Source: a virus
Taxonomy: Duplodnaviria; Caudoviricetes
Length of the DNA: 64,000 nt
IMG/VR virus record: IMGVR_UViG_3300029288_000081
Location: 32,001-96,000 of that record
Reading direction: 5' to 3' (one strand)
Part shown: positions 32,644 through 42,194 of the stretch, piece by piece
Position numbering within the stretch: the first letter of the stretch is position 1
Layout: every line of letters begins with the position of its first letter
Notes under the pieces: generated by a model
What the model saw: only the letters and a program-made list of their open reading frames with translations
Told to the model about the DNA's origin: nothing
Database searches by the model: none
Program-made: the position numbers and the translations under genes

Positions 32644-33132
32644 TCATCGCACCGTCGCGGCGATCCACACGAGCCCGGTCGCCACGACTCCAACGGCGAA
32701 CCACAGGGCAGGATGCTCCCAGAACGACCGCTCTCCAGCCTGCTGAGCGGCCTGCCTGGCCTCACGGAGCTGCATGACCAGCTCGGTCTGCCTCTGCGTC
32801 CACAGCTCGTCACGCAGGCTCACGCGCTCGCCGCAGGCGGCCGTGCGTGCCTGTTCGATCTGCACACGGACACCGCACACCTCTGCATCTCGTTCAGTCG
32901 TGCGAGTGAGGAGATAGCGCATGCGCTCGTATTCGGCGCGGATCTGAAGCAGGTCATCGGCGTCGATGAGCAGACCGTCCCGCGGCGCAAGGTGGCCACC
33001 CCGGACCGGCACGATCTGATGCGCCGGCTCCGTGAGCTGGTAGCCGGCTGGCGGCGTCTCCTGGGCAGCCACCGAGGCCGGCGTGAACAGGTGACAGACC
33101 AGAAGGTAGAGAACGAAGTAGATGACTCTCAT
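32644..33132 (-). CDS. signal peptide plus coiled coil plus C-terminal TM protein (possible spanin-like lysis protein)
   Basis: Hydrophobic N-terminus, coiled coil, 'FWEHPALWFAVGVVATGLVW'. Confidence 0.5.
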   Translation of the reverse strand: MRVIYFVLYLLVCHLFTPASVAAQETPPAGYQLTEPAHQIVPVRGGHLAPRDGLLIDADDLLQIRAEYERMRYLLTRTTERDAEVCGVRVQIEQARTAACGERVSLRDELWTQRQTELVMQLREARQAAQQAGERSFWEHPALWFAVGVVATGLVWIAATVR

Positions 33133-33485
33133 CGGCCAGCATCCCTTCGGCTCCGGTTCCACTCGCTGAGCATCCGCGCTGCGGCTTCGAGATCGTCGCC
33201 ACCGCGCAGGCGCTCGTACTCCTCACGTTGACGAGCATCGAAGGCGGCGAGGTCCTCCTCGAACTTCTCTTCGATCTGCTCGATGTGCGCCTGGTGCGCC
33301 TGGATGGCTCCGTCGAGGCGTTCGTCGATGAGGCGCTCGCCGGGGCCCGCGTCGATGCCGGTGACGATGTCCGGCTGCGGTCCGGGGCCAGGGCCGACGC
33401 ATCGGCTGCCGATCACCCCGCCGACGACGAGCAGGATGAGGGCGACGACGCCGAGAAGGATCGCTTGGGTCCGCGTGATGGTCAT
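33129..33485 (-). CDS. N-terminal TM coiled-coil protein (possible i-spanin-like)
   Basis: TM followed by coiled coil; coupled to the next gene. Confidence 0.5.
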   Translation of the reverse strand: MTITRTQAILLGVVALILLVVGGVIGSRCVGPGPGPQPDIVTGIDAGPGERLIDERLDGAIQAHQAHIEQIEEKFEEDLAAFDARQREEYERLRGGDDLEAAARMLSEWNRSRRDAGR

Positions 33486-34948
33486 GCCTTCACCGCTCCT
33501 CTGTGCCAAAGCTCGTGCGGGTCAAGCTCATCGGGCCAGATCGTTTCGGCGTTGTACTTTGCGCCAATCAGGTCTACGCCGGTCATGTCCGTGCTGCTCA
33601 AGTCCACGTTGCTCAGGTCTGCGTTGCGCAGGACCGCGTTGTTCAGGTAAGTGTTGCGCATGACCGCGTAACGCAGATCCGCATCAGCCAGGTTCGCGTC
33701 GGTCAAGTTCGCGTTGGCCATGTTCGCGCCGGTCAGATCTGCCCCGGCCAGATCCTTCCCCGTCAGGTTCACGTTGGCTAGGTTCACACCGGACAGGCTC
33801 CTCCCCTTGAGGCTCGCTCCTGCCAACAGAAGACCTCGGACGTCGCCGCCCTTCGCCTTGTCGATGAACTCGACGACCATCGTGCGGATCAGCTCGACGA
33901 CCTCCATGACCTCCGCCTGCTCGCGGAGCGGAGGGTCGTTCTTCTGGCCCTCCGTGAACACGTAGTCCACGAACGCCGGATCCCCGATGTTCGAGTTGGT
34001 CTTGCCGAAGATCTGCGCGAACGCCTTGCGTGCCGGCTTCCACTCCATCGTGACGTACGGAACCCCGTCGGGGTCGCGGAGCGAGTAGATGACGCTCTCG
34101 CCGCGATCGATGGCGCTCTTGTACGAAGGGACGCAGTGCGAGAGGAAGCCCTTTTCGCATTCGAGCTGGCGCTTCTCCCTCAGCTCCTCGACGGCCCAGC
34201 CGCTCTTGAACTTGTAGACGACCTCTCCGTGGTGAACCTTCTTCTTCTCACGGAAGTTCGCGCTCGCGTCGAAGACGTCGGCGAGGGACATCTTCATGAT
34301 GTCTGTCCCAGTCGACTTCGCCCACTGTGCGATGAGGTTGCAGGAGCGTCGGAGCCTGTAGAGAGCTTGCACGTAGAAGTCGTACTCGGCGCGCTGGGCC
34401 AGAGGTCCTCCGCCGTCGATCTCGCTGATCGTGTGCTTCGACAGCTTGCTCAGTTCACGTGCCACCCATGGGAAGGTGCCGTCTGCATCGCTCGGCTCAC
34501 GGATGGCACTGTTGAAGCGAGGGAAGCTCTCCGCTCCGATCAGCTCCAGGACCAGTTCGAGTCTTTCACGCAGTGTCGACGCAGGCCTCTGCATGACCTG
34601 CACGCGCTTTTCCACCTCCGGGTCGCCGAACCACCAGTAGCCGAGCTGCTCTCGGTACGAGACGTCGGCCAGTGGTGGCTGCGTGCTGGGCATGATGAGC
34701 CCCGCGTGAAGCTGTCCTCCGTTGCCGAACATGGAACGGAGGCGGCTCGTCATCCGTGTGAACATCTCGCCCCAGACGGGGCTGCCCTGGGCGGCGAGCG
34801 TGTCTTCGAGGTCGTACTCGGGGTTGTCGATGCCGATGGTGTTGAAGATCACGCTGAGCGTGTCGAGCACCACCCACGGCTGCTTCTCGCCGTACGTCTT
34901 GACGATGTACTTGAGCCGATCGATCGGCGCGTTGGGGGTCAGTGACAC
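33482..34948 (-). CDS. PcfJ-like domain plus pentapeptide-repeat protein with LTPN leader
   Basis: 'EKGFLSHCVPSY...IYSLRD...YVTME' and C-terminal A(N/D)Lxx repeats. Confidence 0.75.
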   Translation of the reverse strand: MSLTPNAPIDRLKYIVKTYGEKQPWVVLDTLSVIFNTIGIDNPEYDLEDTLAAQGSPVWGEMFTRMTSRLRSMFGNGGQLHAGLIMPSTQPPLADVSYREQLGYWWFGDPEVEKRVQVMQRPASTLRERLELVLELIGAESFPRFNSAIREPSDADGTFPWVARELSKLSKHTISEIDGGGPLAQRAEYDFYVQALYRLRRSCNLIAQWAKSTGTDIMKMSLADVFDASANFREKKKVHHGEVVYKFKSGWAVEELREKRQLECEKGFLSHCVPSYKSAIDRGESVIYSLRDPDGVPYVTMEWKPARKAFAQIFGKTNSNIGDPAFVDYVFTEGQKNDPPLREQAEVMEVVELIRTMVVEFIDKAKGGDVRGLLLAGASLKGRSLSGVNLANVNLTGKDLAGADLTGANMANANLTDANLADADLRYAVMRNTYLNNAVLRNADLSNVDLSSTDMTGVDLIGAKYNAETIWPDELDPHELWHRGAVKA

Positions 34949-34965
34949 GGGCTCCCCCGGGCGGC

Positions 34966-36243
34966 TCAGCCGCCGCCGCCGGTCGTGTAGAGGGACAGGT
35001 AGAGGCCACGGGCCTGCGCGACCTGTCCTCCGCCTCCGCCGACGATGAAGAGGTCGTACCAGTCGCTGGCAGGAATCGTCACGTTCGCGGCGAGGCCGAC
35101 GTCCTGCATGGCGCCGGTGGCGGCCCAGGTGGCCACGAGCGCTCCGCCAGTGAACGCGCGCATGTTGAGCGTGGCCGTCTCTGCGCCGCCGGCCACGGTC
35201 CCGAGCATGGCCTTGGACCCCGCGAGCAGAACGGTGCCCTGGGGGAAGTAGAGGGAGCCGATCAGTAGCTCGACGACGCCCGTCTGCGTACCGTTGAGAA
35301 CGTGCCGCTCCTTGGTGCCGGCCGACGCGTCGAGGCCGTCGGTGATGGTGACCGTGAGCAGAGACTGTGCTGCGAGGGAAGCGTACGCCGAGTACACCGC
35401 CCTGTTCATGTTGCTCGCGGTGCCGACGATCGCCTGCGGCTGCACCGTGCCGACGTCGTAGCCAATCAGGCCCACGTTGACGATGCCGCCTGTGTTGTCG
35501 GTGACGACCGTGTAGTCACCGGCGTTCGAGATGCCGCGCACGGTGACGTTCAGCGTTGAGCTGCCGGTGCCGGTGGGCGCCAGGTAGAACACGCCCACCG
35601 GCGTGACGCTGACCGAGTCGCCGGTGAACGTGGTGTTGGTGGCATCGACGGTCAGGGCCGCCATGTAGTTGGTCGGCACGAGCCTGAACGGCGACGCCGT
35701 CATGTTCCCGGCGTCGAGCGCCACCGCCAGGTTGTCGAACGCGATCGGCAGATAGCCCGACGTGATGGTCGCGTCCACGCCGTCCATGAAGACGAGCTGC
35801 GCCTGTTCGATGCCGGCACTCCTGAACGTCCAGCCGCTGAAGTCGTAGACCCCGGCGGGGATGGTCGGCGTCATGAACTGCCCGTCGATCAGCACCGTCG
35901 GGTTGGTCAGAGTCGACGCCTCGGTGTACAGCAGGCCGAAGTCTGTGTAGGTGTTGCCCGAGGCCACTCCGCCAGGCTGGTAGACGAGCGGCACGAGGTC
36001 GCAGCAGCCGCCTGCCGCCCCGGTCGGTACCGCGGCCCAGACGGCTGCGCCTGCGGTAGGGTCCGTGCAGAGGTACATGGCGCCGCCACCGGCGACGACC
36101 CAGGCGGCGTCGCCGGCCTGGATCTCGCCCCACTGGGTCGTGGACCCAGCGACGTTCGGCAGCTCGGCTGCGGTACTCCACTTGCCCCACCAGTGATGGA
36201 AGCCCCACGGTGCGACTGGACGTTGGCCTGCGACGAAGCTCAT
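34966..36243 (-). CDS. putative virion structural/fibre protein
   Basis: Gly/Thr/Ala/Val-rich beta composition, 'YLCTDPTAGAAVW' fibre-like motif; leaderless TAGGAT promoter. Confidence 0.55.
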   Translation of the reverse strand: MSFVAGQRPVAPWGFHHWWGKWSTAAELPNVAGSTTQWGEIQAGDAAWVVAGGGAMYLCTDPTAGAAVWAAVPTGAAGGCCDLVPLVYQPGGVASGNTYTDFGLLYTEASTLTNPTVLIDGQFMTPTIPAGVYDFSGWTFRSAGIEQAQLVFMDGVDATITSGYLPIAFDNLAVALDAGNMTASPFRLVPTNYMAALTVDATNTTFTGDSVSVTPVGVFYLAPTGTGSSTLNVTVRGISNAGDYTVVTDNTGGIVNVGLIGYDVGTVQPQAIVGTASNMNRAVYSAYASLAAQSLLTVTITDGLDASAGTKERHVLNGTQTGVVELLIGSLYFPQGTVLLAGSKAMLGTVAGGAETATLNMRAFTGGALVATWAATGAMQDVGLAANVTIPASDWYDLFIVGGGGGQVAQARGLYLSLYTTGGGG

Positions 36244-36276
36244 GGCCGCCATCCTACCCCGAGACTGGCTGTCGCG

Positions 36277-36726
36277 TCAGCCGGGATCGCTCGGAGGATC
36301 CGATGCCGGAGGCTCGCTGTCCGCTGGCGCAGGGGCCGTCGCTCCGGTGTACTTGGACACGAGCGAGCGCACGATGTTCGGGATCTGCGTCACGCTGTCC
36401 TTGACCGCGCCGTAGAGCTGGCCGCTGAACCCGCCCGAGAGCCCGAACCACATCATGCGAGCGACTGCGACATCAGGCACCCAGTTGGGTGCCGGAATGC
36501 TCGTGACCAGGCCGAAGAGGCTGCCCACTGCGAACGGGTGCCACTTGAGCGTCGAGGACCAGAGCCGGTACCACGTCGGCTGCTCCTTCTCGGGGGTCCC
36601 AGCAGGCACCCAGATATGAAGCAACCGCTTGGTCGCCGTGCCGCCCAGGTACACGCAGAACGCGACCGAGAGGAAGGACCAGAACTGCGTGATCCAGTAG
36701 ACGACCTTGTCGGTGTTCGGGTCCAT
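36277..36726 (-). CDS. holin-like multi-TM protein
   Basis: Three hydrophobic segments; TACCAT-6-ATG promoter. Confidence 0.5.
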   Translation of the reverse strand: MDPNTDKVVYWITQFWSFLSVAFCVYLGGTATKRLLHIWVPAGTPEKEQPTWYRLWSSTLKWHPFAVGSLFGLVTSIPAPNWVPDVAVARMMWFGLSGGFSGQLYGAVKDSVTQIPNIVRSLVSKYTGATAPAPADSEPPASDPPSDPG

Positions 36727-36745
36727 CCCCGTATGGTAGCGCAGA

Positions 36746-38932
36746 TCAGCGTCGCGACGTACGCCGCTCGGAGCGCCTGTTGCGTCGCACCCTCGTCGGC
36801 CCAGCGTTCGCCGCCAGGAGCGCGAGCGCGCCGACGGCGCCGATCCCAAGCCACGCCTGGCTCGACAGGCCCATGACGCCGGCCTCGTCGCCCATGCCGC
36901 CCAGGCCCGTCTTCGAGGTGTCCGCCAGGAGCGCAGCGAGCGGGTTCCCGATCGTGTCCCGCTCCTGGTCCGCCTTCTCTCCACCGGACGGCTCGGTCCA
37001 GGTGCCCCACTGCCGATCACAACCGCCAGCGCCGGCCCGGTAGCACGTCTCGCGCTCGCGCGACTTCGTGAGAGCCGCCTGCGCCGCCGAGCGAGCTAGC
37101 GCACGGCCCGCCGGTGTCGTCGGCTGCATGTCGCGGAGCAGTGAGACCAAGCGCTGGCCCGCCTGCACCATCGAGCCGCGGATGTTGTTGCGCTTGACCG
37201 AGTCGGAGTAGTCGGTCGCCTTGAGGTTGCCGTACTGCGAGTCGAGGTAGTTCTTTGCGATGGTCACCTCTTCCAACAGGGCCCTCGCGAGGGGCGCCTC
37301 GGCCTGCGTGTTGGCCTTGTCGATCACGACGGCCTGCTTGTACACGCTGACGAGCGGGCCGATCACCCTGTCCTGCTCGTGCGCGGCCTTGTCGTTGCCG
37401 TGGTCCTCGTTCAACGCGAAACGACCGCATCCGGTCTGGTCGTAGAGGTAGCAGAGCTTCCTGCGGATGGCAGAGAGGAGAGCCTGCTCGGTGAGAACTG
37501 CAACGGGGCGCACCAGCTTCTTGTCCCCCGAGTTCTGCGCGAGCACGAGGGCTTCGCGGAGGCACGCCGCGAGCGCTGCGCCAGCGGCAAGGATCGACTG
37601 CCGGGTGTTGTTGCGCTTCAGCGCGTCGGACCACTTGGTCGCCCTGTAGTGGTCGAACTGTCCGTCGACGTAGCCCTTCATGGCCGCACAGATGCGGAGC
37701 TTGGCGGTGATGAGCGGCTCGTACGCGGCCACCTCGCCGCGGGTAGACAGGGTCCGAGCGAAGTGTGCGTAGGCGGAGATGAGCGGCATCGTGGTGCTCG
37801 CCATCTCCTGGGCCGCCTTCACGTCAGGCTGATCTTCATCGAGCGCGAACGTGCCACACCCGGGCTCGTTCAGGAAGAACCCGCGCCACCGGTCGATCGA
37901 AGCGTTGAGCGCGGCCAGGGTGAGCTTTCCGACGGCGCGCATGCTCGTCATGCTGCCGAAGCTGTACGCGGACGCCCAGACGGTCTGGAGGCAGGCGACG
38001 AGAGTCCGCCCGTCGGCAAGGATCGACTGCCGGGTGTTGTTGCGCTTCAGCGGATCGTTGTTCGTGGCCCTGTAATGCCCCCACTGCCCGTCGATGTAGG
38101 ACTTGAGGAAGGTGCAGGGCCGCAGCATGGCGGCGAGGAACTTCTCGCCGTCGGCCTGCGCAAGAGCCCGCCTCGGGCCTCCGACCTTGGTCACCGCCTG
38201 CATGTAGGCGGCCACGAGCGGTACGATCACTCGGGCCTGCTCCTGGGCGCCCTTCGCGTCGGGCTGATCTTCGTCGAGCGCTTGGGTGCCGCAGCCGCGC
38301 TCGTTGTTGAGGAAGCAGATTCTGCGAGTGATCGCAGAGTCGAGTGCCCGCACGATCGACTGAGCGATGAGCGTCGTCGCCTGGTTGTTCGGCGACTGCA
38401 CGATCGCTTCCGCGTAGGTGGCCGCCAGCGCAGCGCCGCCGGCCAAGATCGACTGCCGGGTGTTGTTGCGCTTCACCAGATCGTTGTTCGTCGCCTTGTA
38501 CTCGTCGAACCACCCGTCGATCTGTGCGCGGGACACGTCTGCCGCGGCCTGAAGCGACGCGGCAGGATCCGTTGGGGCCCCCAGCTCCCGAGCCTGGGCC
38601 AGGCATGCGGCGATCTGCCCTTCGAGCCGCGTCATGCTCGTTCGGTCAGGCGTCGGCAGACTTCGGAGCTGGACGAGGCTCGCTCGCAGGGCATCACACT
38701 CGGCGGCCTTGGCCGCCCTGGCCACCTGCGGGTCGACGGCCGTCGGTCCGGTGGGCAGGGTGCTCTGTGCCGAGGCCGAGGACGGGCTCAGGAGCAGGTA
38801 CGCAGCTCCTCCGGCGGCAACGAGGCCGATCCCGCCCAGCACCAGCATCTTCTTCTTGGACGACGGAGCGGCGGGCGCGGCATCGTTCCGGCGCAGGCGC
38901 CGGCTGGACCTTCTCTTGAGTCGACGGGCCAT
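36746..38932 (-). CDS. 728-aa membrane protein with four ~142-aa internal repeats and Arg-rich/RRN termini
   Basis: MARRLKRRSSRRLRRN-TM ... GLGGMG-TM-VRRNRRSERR; repeat core YxAT..D.xKRNNxR. Confidence 0.8.
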   Translation of the reverse strand: MARRLKRRSSRRLRRNDAAPAAPSSKKKMLVLGGIGLVAAGGAAYLLLSPSSASAQSTLPTGPTAVDPQVARAAKAAECDALRASLVQLRSLPTPDRTSMTRLEGQIAACLAQARELGAPTDPAASLQAAADVSRAQIDGWFDEYKATNNDLVKRNNTRQSILAGGAALAATYAEAIVQSPNNQATTLIAQSIVRALDSAITRRICFLNNERGCGTQALDEDQPDAKGAQEQARVIVPLVAAYMQAVTKVGGPRRALAQADGEKFLAAMLRPCTFLKSYIDGQWGHYRATNNDPLKRNNTRQSILADGRTLVACLQTVWASAYSFGSMTSMRAVGKLTLAALNASIDRWRGFFLNEPGCGTFALDEDQPDVKAAQEMASTTMPLISAYAHFARTLSTRGEVAAYEPLITAKLRICAAMKGYVDGQFDHYRATKWSDALKRNNTRQSILAAGAALAACLREALVLAQNSGDKKLVRPVAVLTEQALLSAIRRKLCYLYDQTGCGRFALNEDHGNDKAAHEQDRVIGPLVSVYKQAVVIDKANTQAEAPLARALLEEVTIAKNYLDSQYGNLKATDYSDSVKRNNIRGSMVQAGQRLVSLLRDMQPTTPAGRALARSAAQAALTKSRERETCYRAGAGGCDRQWGTWTEPSGGEKADQERDTIGNPLAALLADTSKTGLGGMGDEAGVMGLSSQAWLGIGAVGALALLAANAGPTRVRRNRRSERRTSRR

Positions 38933-39050
38933 CACTCCCACTCCGGCGTGACGAACATGCCGCCGAACAGGGCCAGATACCCCACGGCCAAGGCGGCCAG
39001 CAAGACCAGGATCAGCATGCGGTCGAGCGTAACACGAGACGCCCCACCGG

Positions 39051-39311
39051 TCAGAGCCCCCGCCCCCCACCCAGCTTCCGGTAGTTCTGGAGGTTGAAGG
39101 GGTTGCTGTCCTGCGGGTTGCCCAGACGGCGCAGAGCCTCACACCGCTTGGCGCACTCGGGCTTGTCGCAGACGTGCGGACTGTTCCCGAAGGGTCGCGA
39201 CACTTCCTTCCCGCACCCGTCGCATGGACCAACTCGCATGAGCTGGTTGAACGGGCTGTGCTCCAGGAAGTCCGACTTCGGCCTGGTCTTGTACCCGTCT
39301 CGGACCTTCAT
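39051..39311 (-). CDS. Cys-rich hypothetical protein
   Basis: CDGC and CDKPEC motifs; ATGA overlap. Confidence 0.55.
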   Translation of the reverse strand: MKVRDGYKTRPKSDFLEHSPFNQLMRVGPCDGCGKEVSRPFGNSPHVCDKPECAKRCEALRRLGNPQDSNPFNLQNYRKLGGGRGL

Positions 39312-39547
39312 CGGAAGCACGCTGCGCACATGCAGCCGTGACCGTGCTCGTTCCACACGGTCCCCCGCTTCAGTGCGGACCATCGGCCCTGGCACTTCTT
39401 CGAGCAGAAGCGCAGGCAGGTGGGGTCCACGACGGCCTCGTCCTCCAGCTCGACCCTGGCGATCATGTCCTGCGGCAGGATGACGCCCATGTCTGCTGGG
39501 AGCTTCTTCCCGCACATCTCGCAGATGTAGGGCTTCTCGACGCTCAT
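39308..39547 (-). CDS. TRASH/Zn-finger-like small protein
   Basis: CEMCG...FCSKKC. Confidence 0.55.
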   Translation of the reverse strand: MSVEKPYICEMCGKKLPADMGVILPQDMIARVELEDEAVVDPTCLRFCSKKCQGRWSALKRGTVWNEHGHGCMCAACFR

Positions 39548-39990
39548 CAGTAGCCTCGGCGCGGCAAGACCGCGAGCAACGCGTCGATGGTTGGGTACAC
39601 GAGGACGGAAGAGTCGAATGACCAGACGAAGCCGCGCGGGTCTCCGACGATGAAGATCTTCTTCCTGAGAGACTCGATCCGCGAGGCGTGATGAAGAGCG
39701 ACCGCGTACGCGACCTCTCCAGCCGTCCCCGCCGACATCCCTCCCTCGGAGCGCGTGAGCGCGATGACGAAGTCGGCGCGGTCGAGACCGTGCCTGTTCA
39801 TCAGGCAGTTCTCGGTCATGAACTCCGGCGGCACCTCCGCGTCTGTCTTCCATCCCCGCTTGCGCTCTTCGAGTACGCGCTCCCACCACGGCGTCGCGAG
39901 AACGAATCCTCGCTCCTCCAGGAGAGCGACGCAGGAGATCACCCGTTCCACTTCCCTCGCCGGACCAGCCAGGTAGACGTTCGGCAGCAT
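39547..39990 (-). CDS. nucleoside 2'-deoxyribosyltransferase-like protein
   Basis: VYLAGP, ADFVIAL, SAGTAGEVAYAVAL. Confidence 0.65.
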   Translation of the reverse strand: MLPNVYLAGPAREVERVISCVALLEERGFVLATPWWERVLEERKRGWKTDAEVPPEFMTENCLMNRHGLDRADFVIALTRSEGGMSAGTAGEVAYAVALHHASRIESLRKKIFIVGDPRGFVWSFDSSVLVYPTIDALLAVLPRRGY

Positions 39991-40582
39991 CACTCCCCCC
40001 TTCGTCCGAACAGGCCGTTGCCCACGTCCCACGTGGCAGCCATCCGTTCGGCAGCCTTCAGATCATCTTCGTGCTCCGCGCACGCCTCGCGGTACCGAGG
40101 TCCGTTCGTGCGAAGCGTGTTCATGGTTGCCGCCAGAGCTGCGGACTGTGCGTCCGCACGAACGCGCTGTGCGACCTCGGCGGCGCGTCGAGCAACCGCG
40201 TCGTTCTCCATCTCGACGAAGCACCGCTGGCACATGGGCGCCAGCGACTCTCGTTCGACGGCTCTCCGTCCCTTTCCACGCAGCCACCGCGAGCCGTCGG
40301 TGTTGAGGTAGCGCACCTCGATCCCTTCCGCTCCGACCGTGTCGCACACGGGGCAGACAGGGCCTCCGAGGCGGCGCAGGGCCTCACCGCGACGAGTCAG
40401 CATCGGGCTTGATGGTACCACCGGAGCGACGGTCGAACACCGCTCCGATCGCCGTGAGGAGCTGCTCGCGGCTGACGCCTCCCATGATGCGCATCGTCCT
40501 CTCGCCGAGGTGATCGCTCCAGCGGAGCCGAGCGCCCCAGCGCACGCCGTCGCGCAGCGGATAGAGAAGCACCTCAAGCGCG

Positions 40583-40996
40583 TCACGCCCCGGCGCCATC
40601 TTCGCCACCTCGGCGTCCAGCGAAACGCTGGTGCCACCCTCCAGGGCCATGGTCGCCGTACACGATCGTGATGCTGAGCGCGCTTCGCGTCTCGGGGTCG
40701 GGGTTCGATTCGATCTCACGCCGCATCAGCGATGCCGCCGCTCCGATGGCACACGTGGCATGAGCGCGCTCGACATCGCCGAGACCTCGCAACTGGATGG
40801 GCATCTCTGCCAGCGCAGCACCGTCGGTGACCGCCTGCCCGATAGTCGTGAGCTGCGCCCTGGCCGCGGAGAGAGCGCGTGCCAGCGCCACGGTCGTGGC
40901 ATCCCACGAGTCGCCACGGTCGATGCTCGCCAGGATTTCCGCAAGACGCGCAGGAGGCATCCTGTCGTCGGCCTCGGTGTTCGTGTTCATGGTCAT
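40583..40996 (-). CDS. hypothetical protein
   Basis: AGGAG SD. Confidence 0.5.
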   Translation of the reverse strand: MTMNTNTEADDRMPPARLAEILASIDRGDSWDATTVALARALSAARAQLTTIGQAVTDGAALAEMPIQLRGLGDVERAHATCAIGAAASLMRREIESNPDPETRSALSITIVYGDHGPGGWHQRFAGRRGGEDGAGA

Positions 40997-41223
40997 CGCT
41001 CACTCCTGCTTGAACAGATCTTCCATCTCGGTCTGGTTCAGGTCCTCGCCGTAGACGGCGCGAACCACGGCGCGAAGCGACGGTCGCGTGCCGAGCACGC
41101 GCTTCGCCATCGTTACGAGAACAAGGACAGCGACGTGTTCTTCGACGGTCAGCTTCGTCAGGTGCTGCTTCTGCTCGGGACCGCCAGCGAGTTGTTCGGC
41201 GACCTTGATCGCGTGGGTGAGCT

Positions 41224-42123
41224 TCACGCTGCCACCACCGAGCGCATCTGGTCGAGCGCCAGGAGCAGCGCGTCCACCCGAGCCAGCTCGATCTTCTTGG
41301 CGGCCAGCGTCTCTTCGATGCGCAGCGTCTCTTCGACCAGATCGTCCATGGCCACGACGAGCATGCTGCGCTTGGTGATCAGGTTGTCGCGCATGGTCGA
41401 GCCCTTCTCGATCCAGGCGTTCACTTCTGCGTCGATCGGCGCAGCGACCGGCGCGGTGACGGCCGGCGCCTCGGCTACAGGCGGCGCGGGAACGGCGACC
41501 GGAGCGGGGGGCGGTGCCCGCCTCACCGTGACCTCGGGCTCGGCTGCTCGGCGCTCCACGCGCCCGTCTGCCATGGCGACGGCACCGGCCGTTGGGGGCG
41601 GGATGGCCGGGACCGGGGCGTGGATCTCGATTTCGTTGAACCGCACCGTGCGCGGCTCGTCCTCGTCGTCGATCCTCACGTTGACCGCACCGCGCATCAC
41701 CTGATTTACACGGGCGGGGCGGAGCTTCGTCTGGTCCGCGTATCGAACCCGGACGAAGACTCGCTGCCCCCTGCTCAGATCTTCTCGTCGCGTCATCTTC
41801 GCTGCTCCTCGCGCTGCTTCCAGCGCTTCTGCCGCCGACTCCTCGGCTGCCTCCGCTCTCGCCAGTGCCATCCCGAAAGCGCGTGCCTCGCGCCTCTCCT
41901 CCGCGTCTGCCTCGGCGGCGACGCGCTCGTGCTCGATCGCAGCGTCGTTGCCACCGCGGCAGAACGCCACCGTCCGCCTGAACACCTTCCACGGGACCTT
42001 GCCGCCCTCATCGCAGTAGACCGCGTACAGGGTCCTGTTCCCGACGCCAGCAGGCAGGTCGTGAACGAGGTTGGCGATCTTCACCAGATCCACCGTAGGC
42101 GGCGGGTCGACGGCCTTCTTCAT
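41224..42123 (-). CDS. hypothetical protein (SH3-like segment and C-terminal coiled coil)
   Basis: TAGGTT-6-ATG leaderless promoter; codon bias. Confidence 0.65.
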   Translation of the reverse strand: MKKAVDPPPTVDLVKIANLVHDLPAGVGNRTLYAVYCDEGGKVPWKVFRRTVAFCRGGNDAAIEHERVAAEADAEERREARAFGMALARAEAAEESAAEALEAARGAAKMTRREDLSRGQRVFVRVRYADQTKLRPARVNQVMRGAVNVRIDDEDEPRTVRFNEIEIHAPVPAIPPPTAGAVAMADGRVERRAAEPEVTVRRAPPPAPVAVPAPPVAEAPAVTAPVAAPIDAEVNAWIEKGSTMRDNLITKRSMLVVAMDDLVEETLRIEETLAAKKIELARVDALLLALDQMRSVVAA

Positions 42124-42194
42124 GCGACGAACCTAACGCCTCGCTCCACGAGGCGCAACAACTTTCGACACACGGTCGTGCTACTCTCGCGAGC

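Noticed and set aside
37184-38475. 29-nt direct repeats as a CRISPR array
   Set aside because: Spacing is about 426 nt, in frame and inside a CDS; these are protein repeats, and no cas genes are present.
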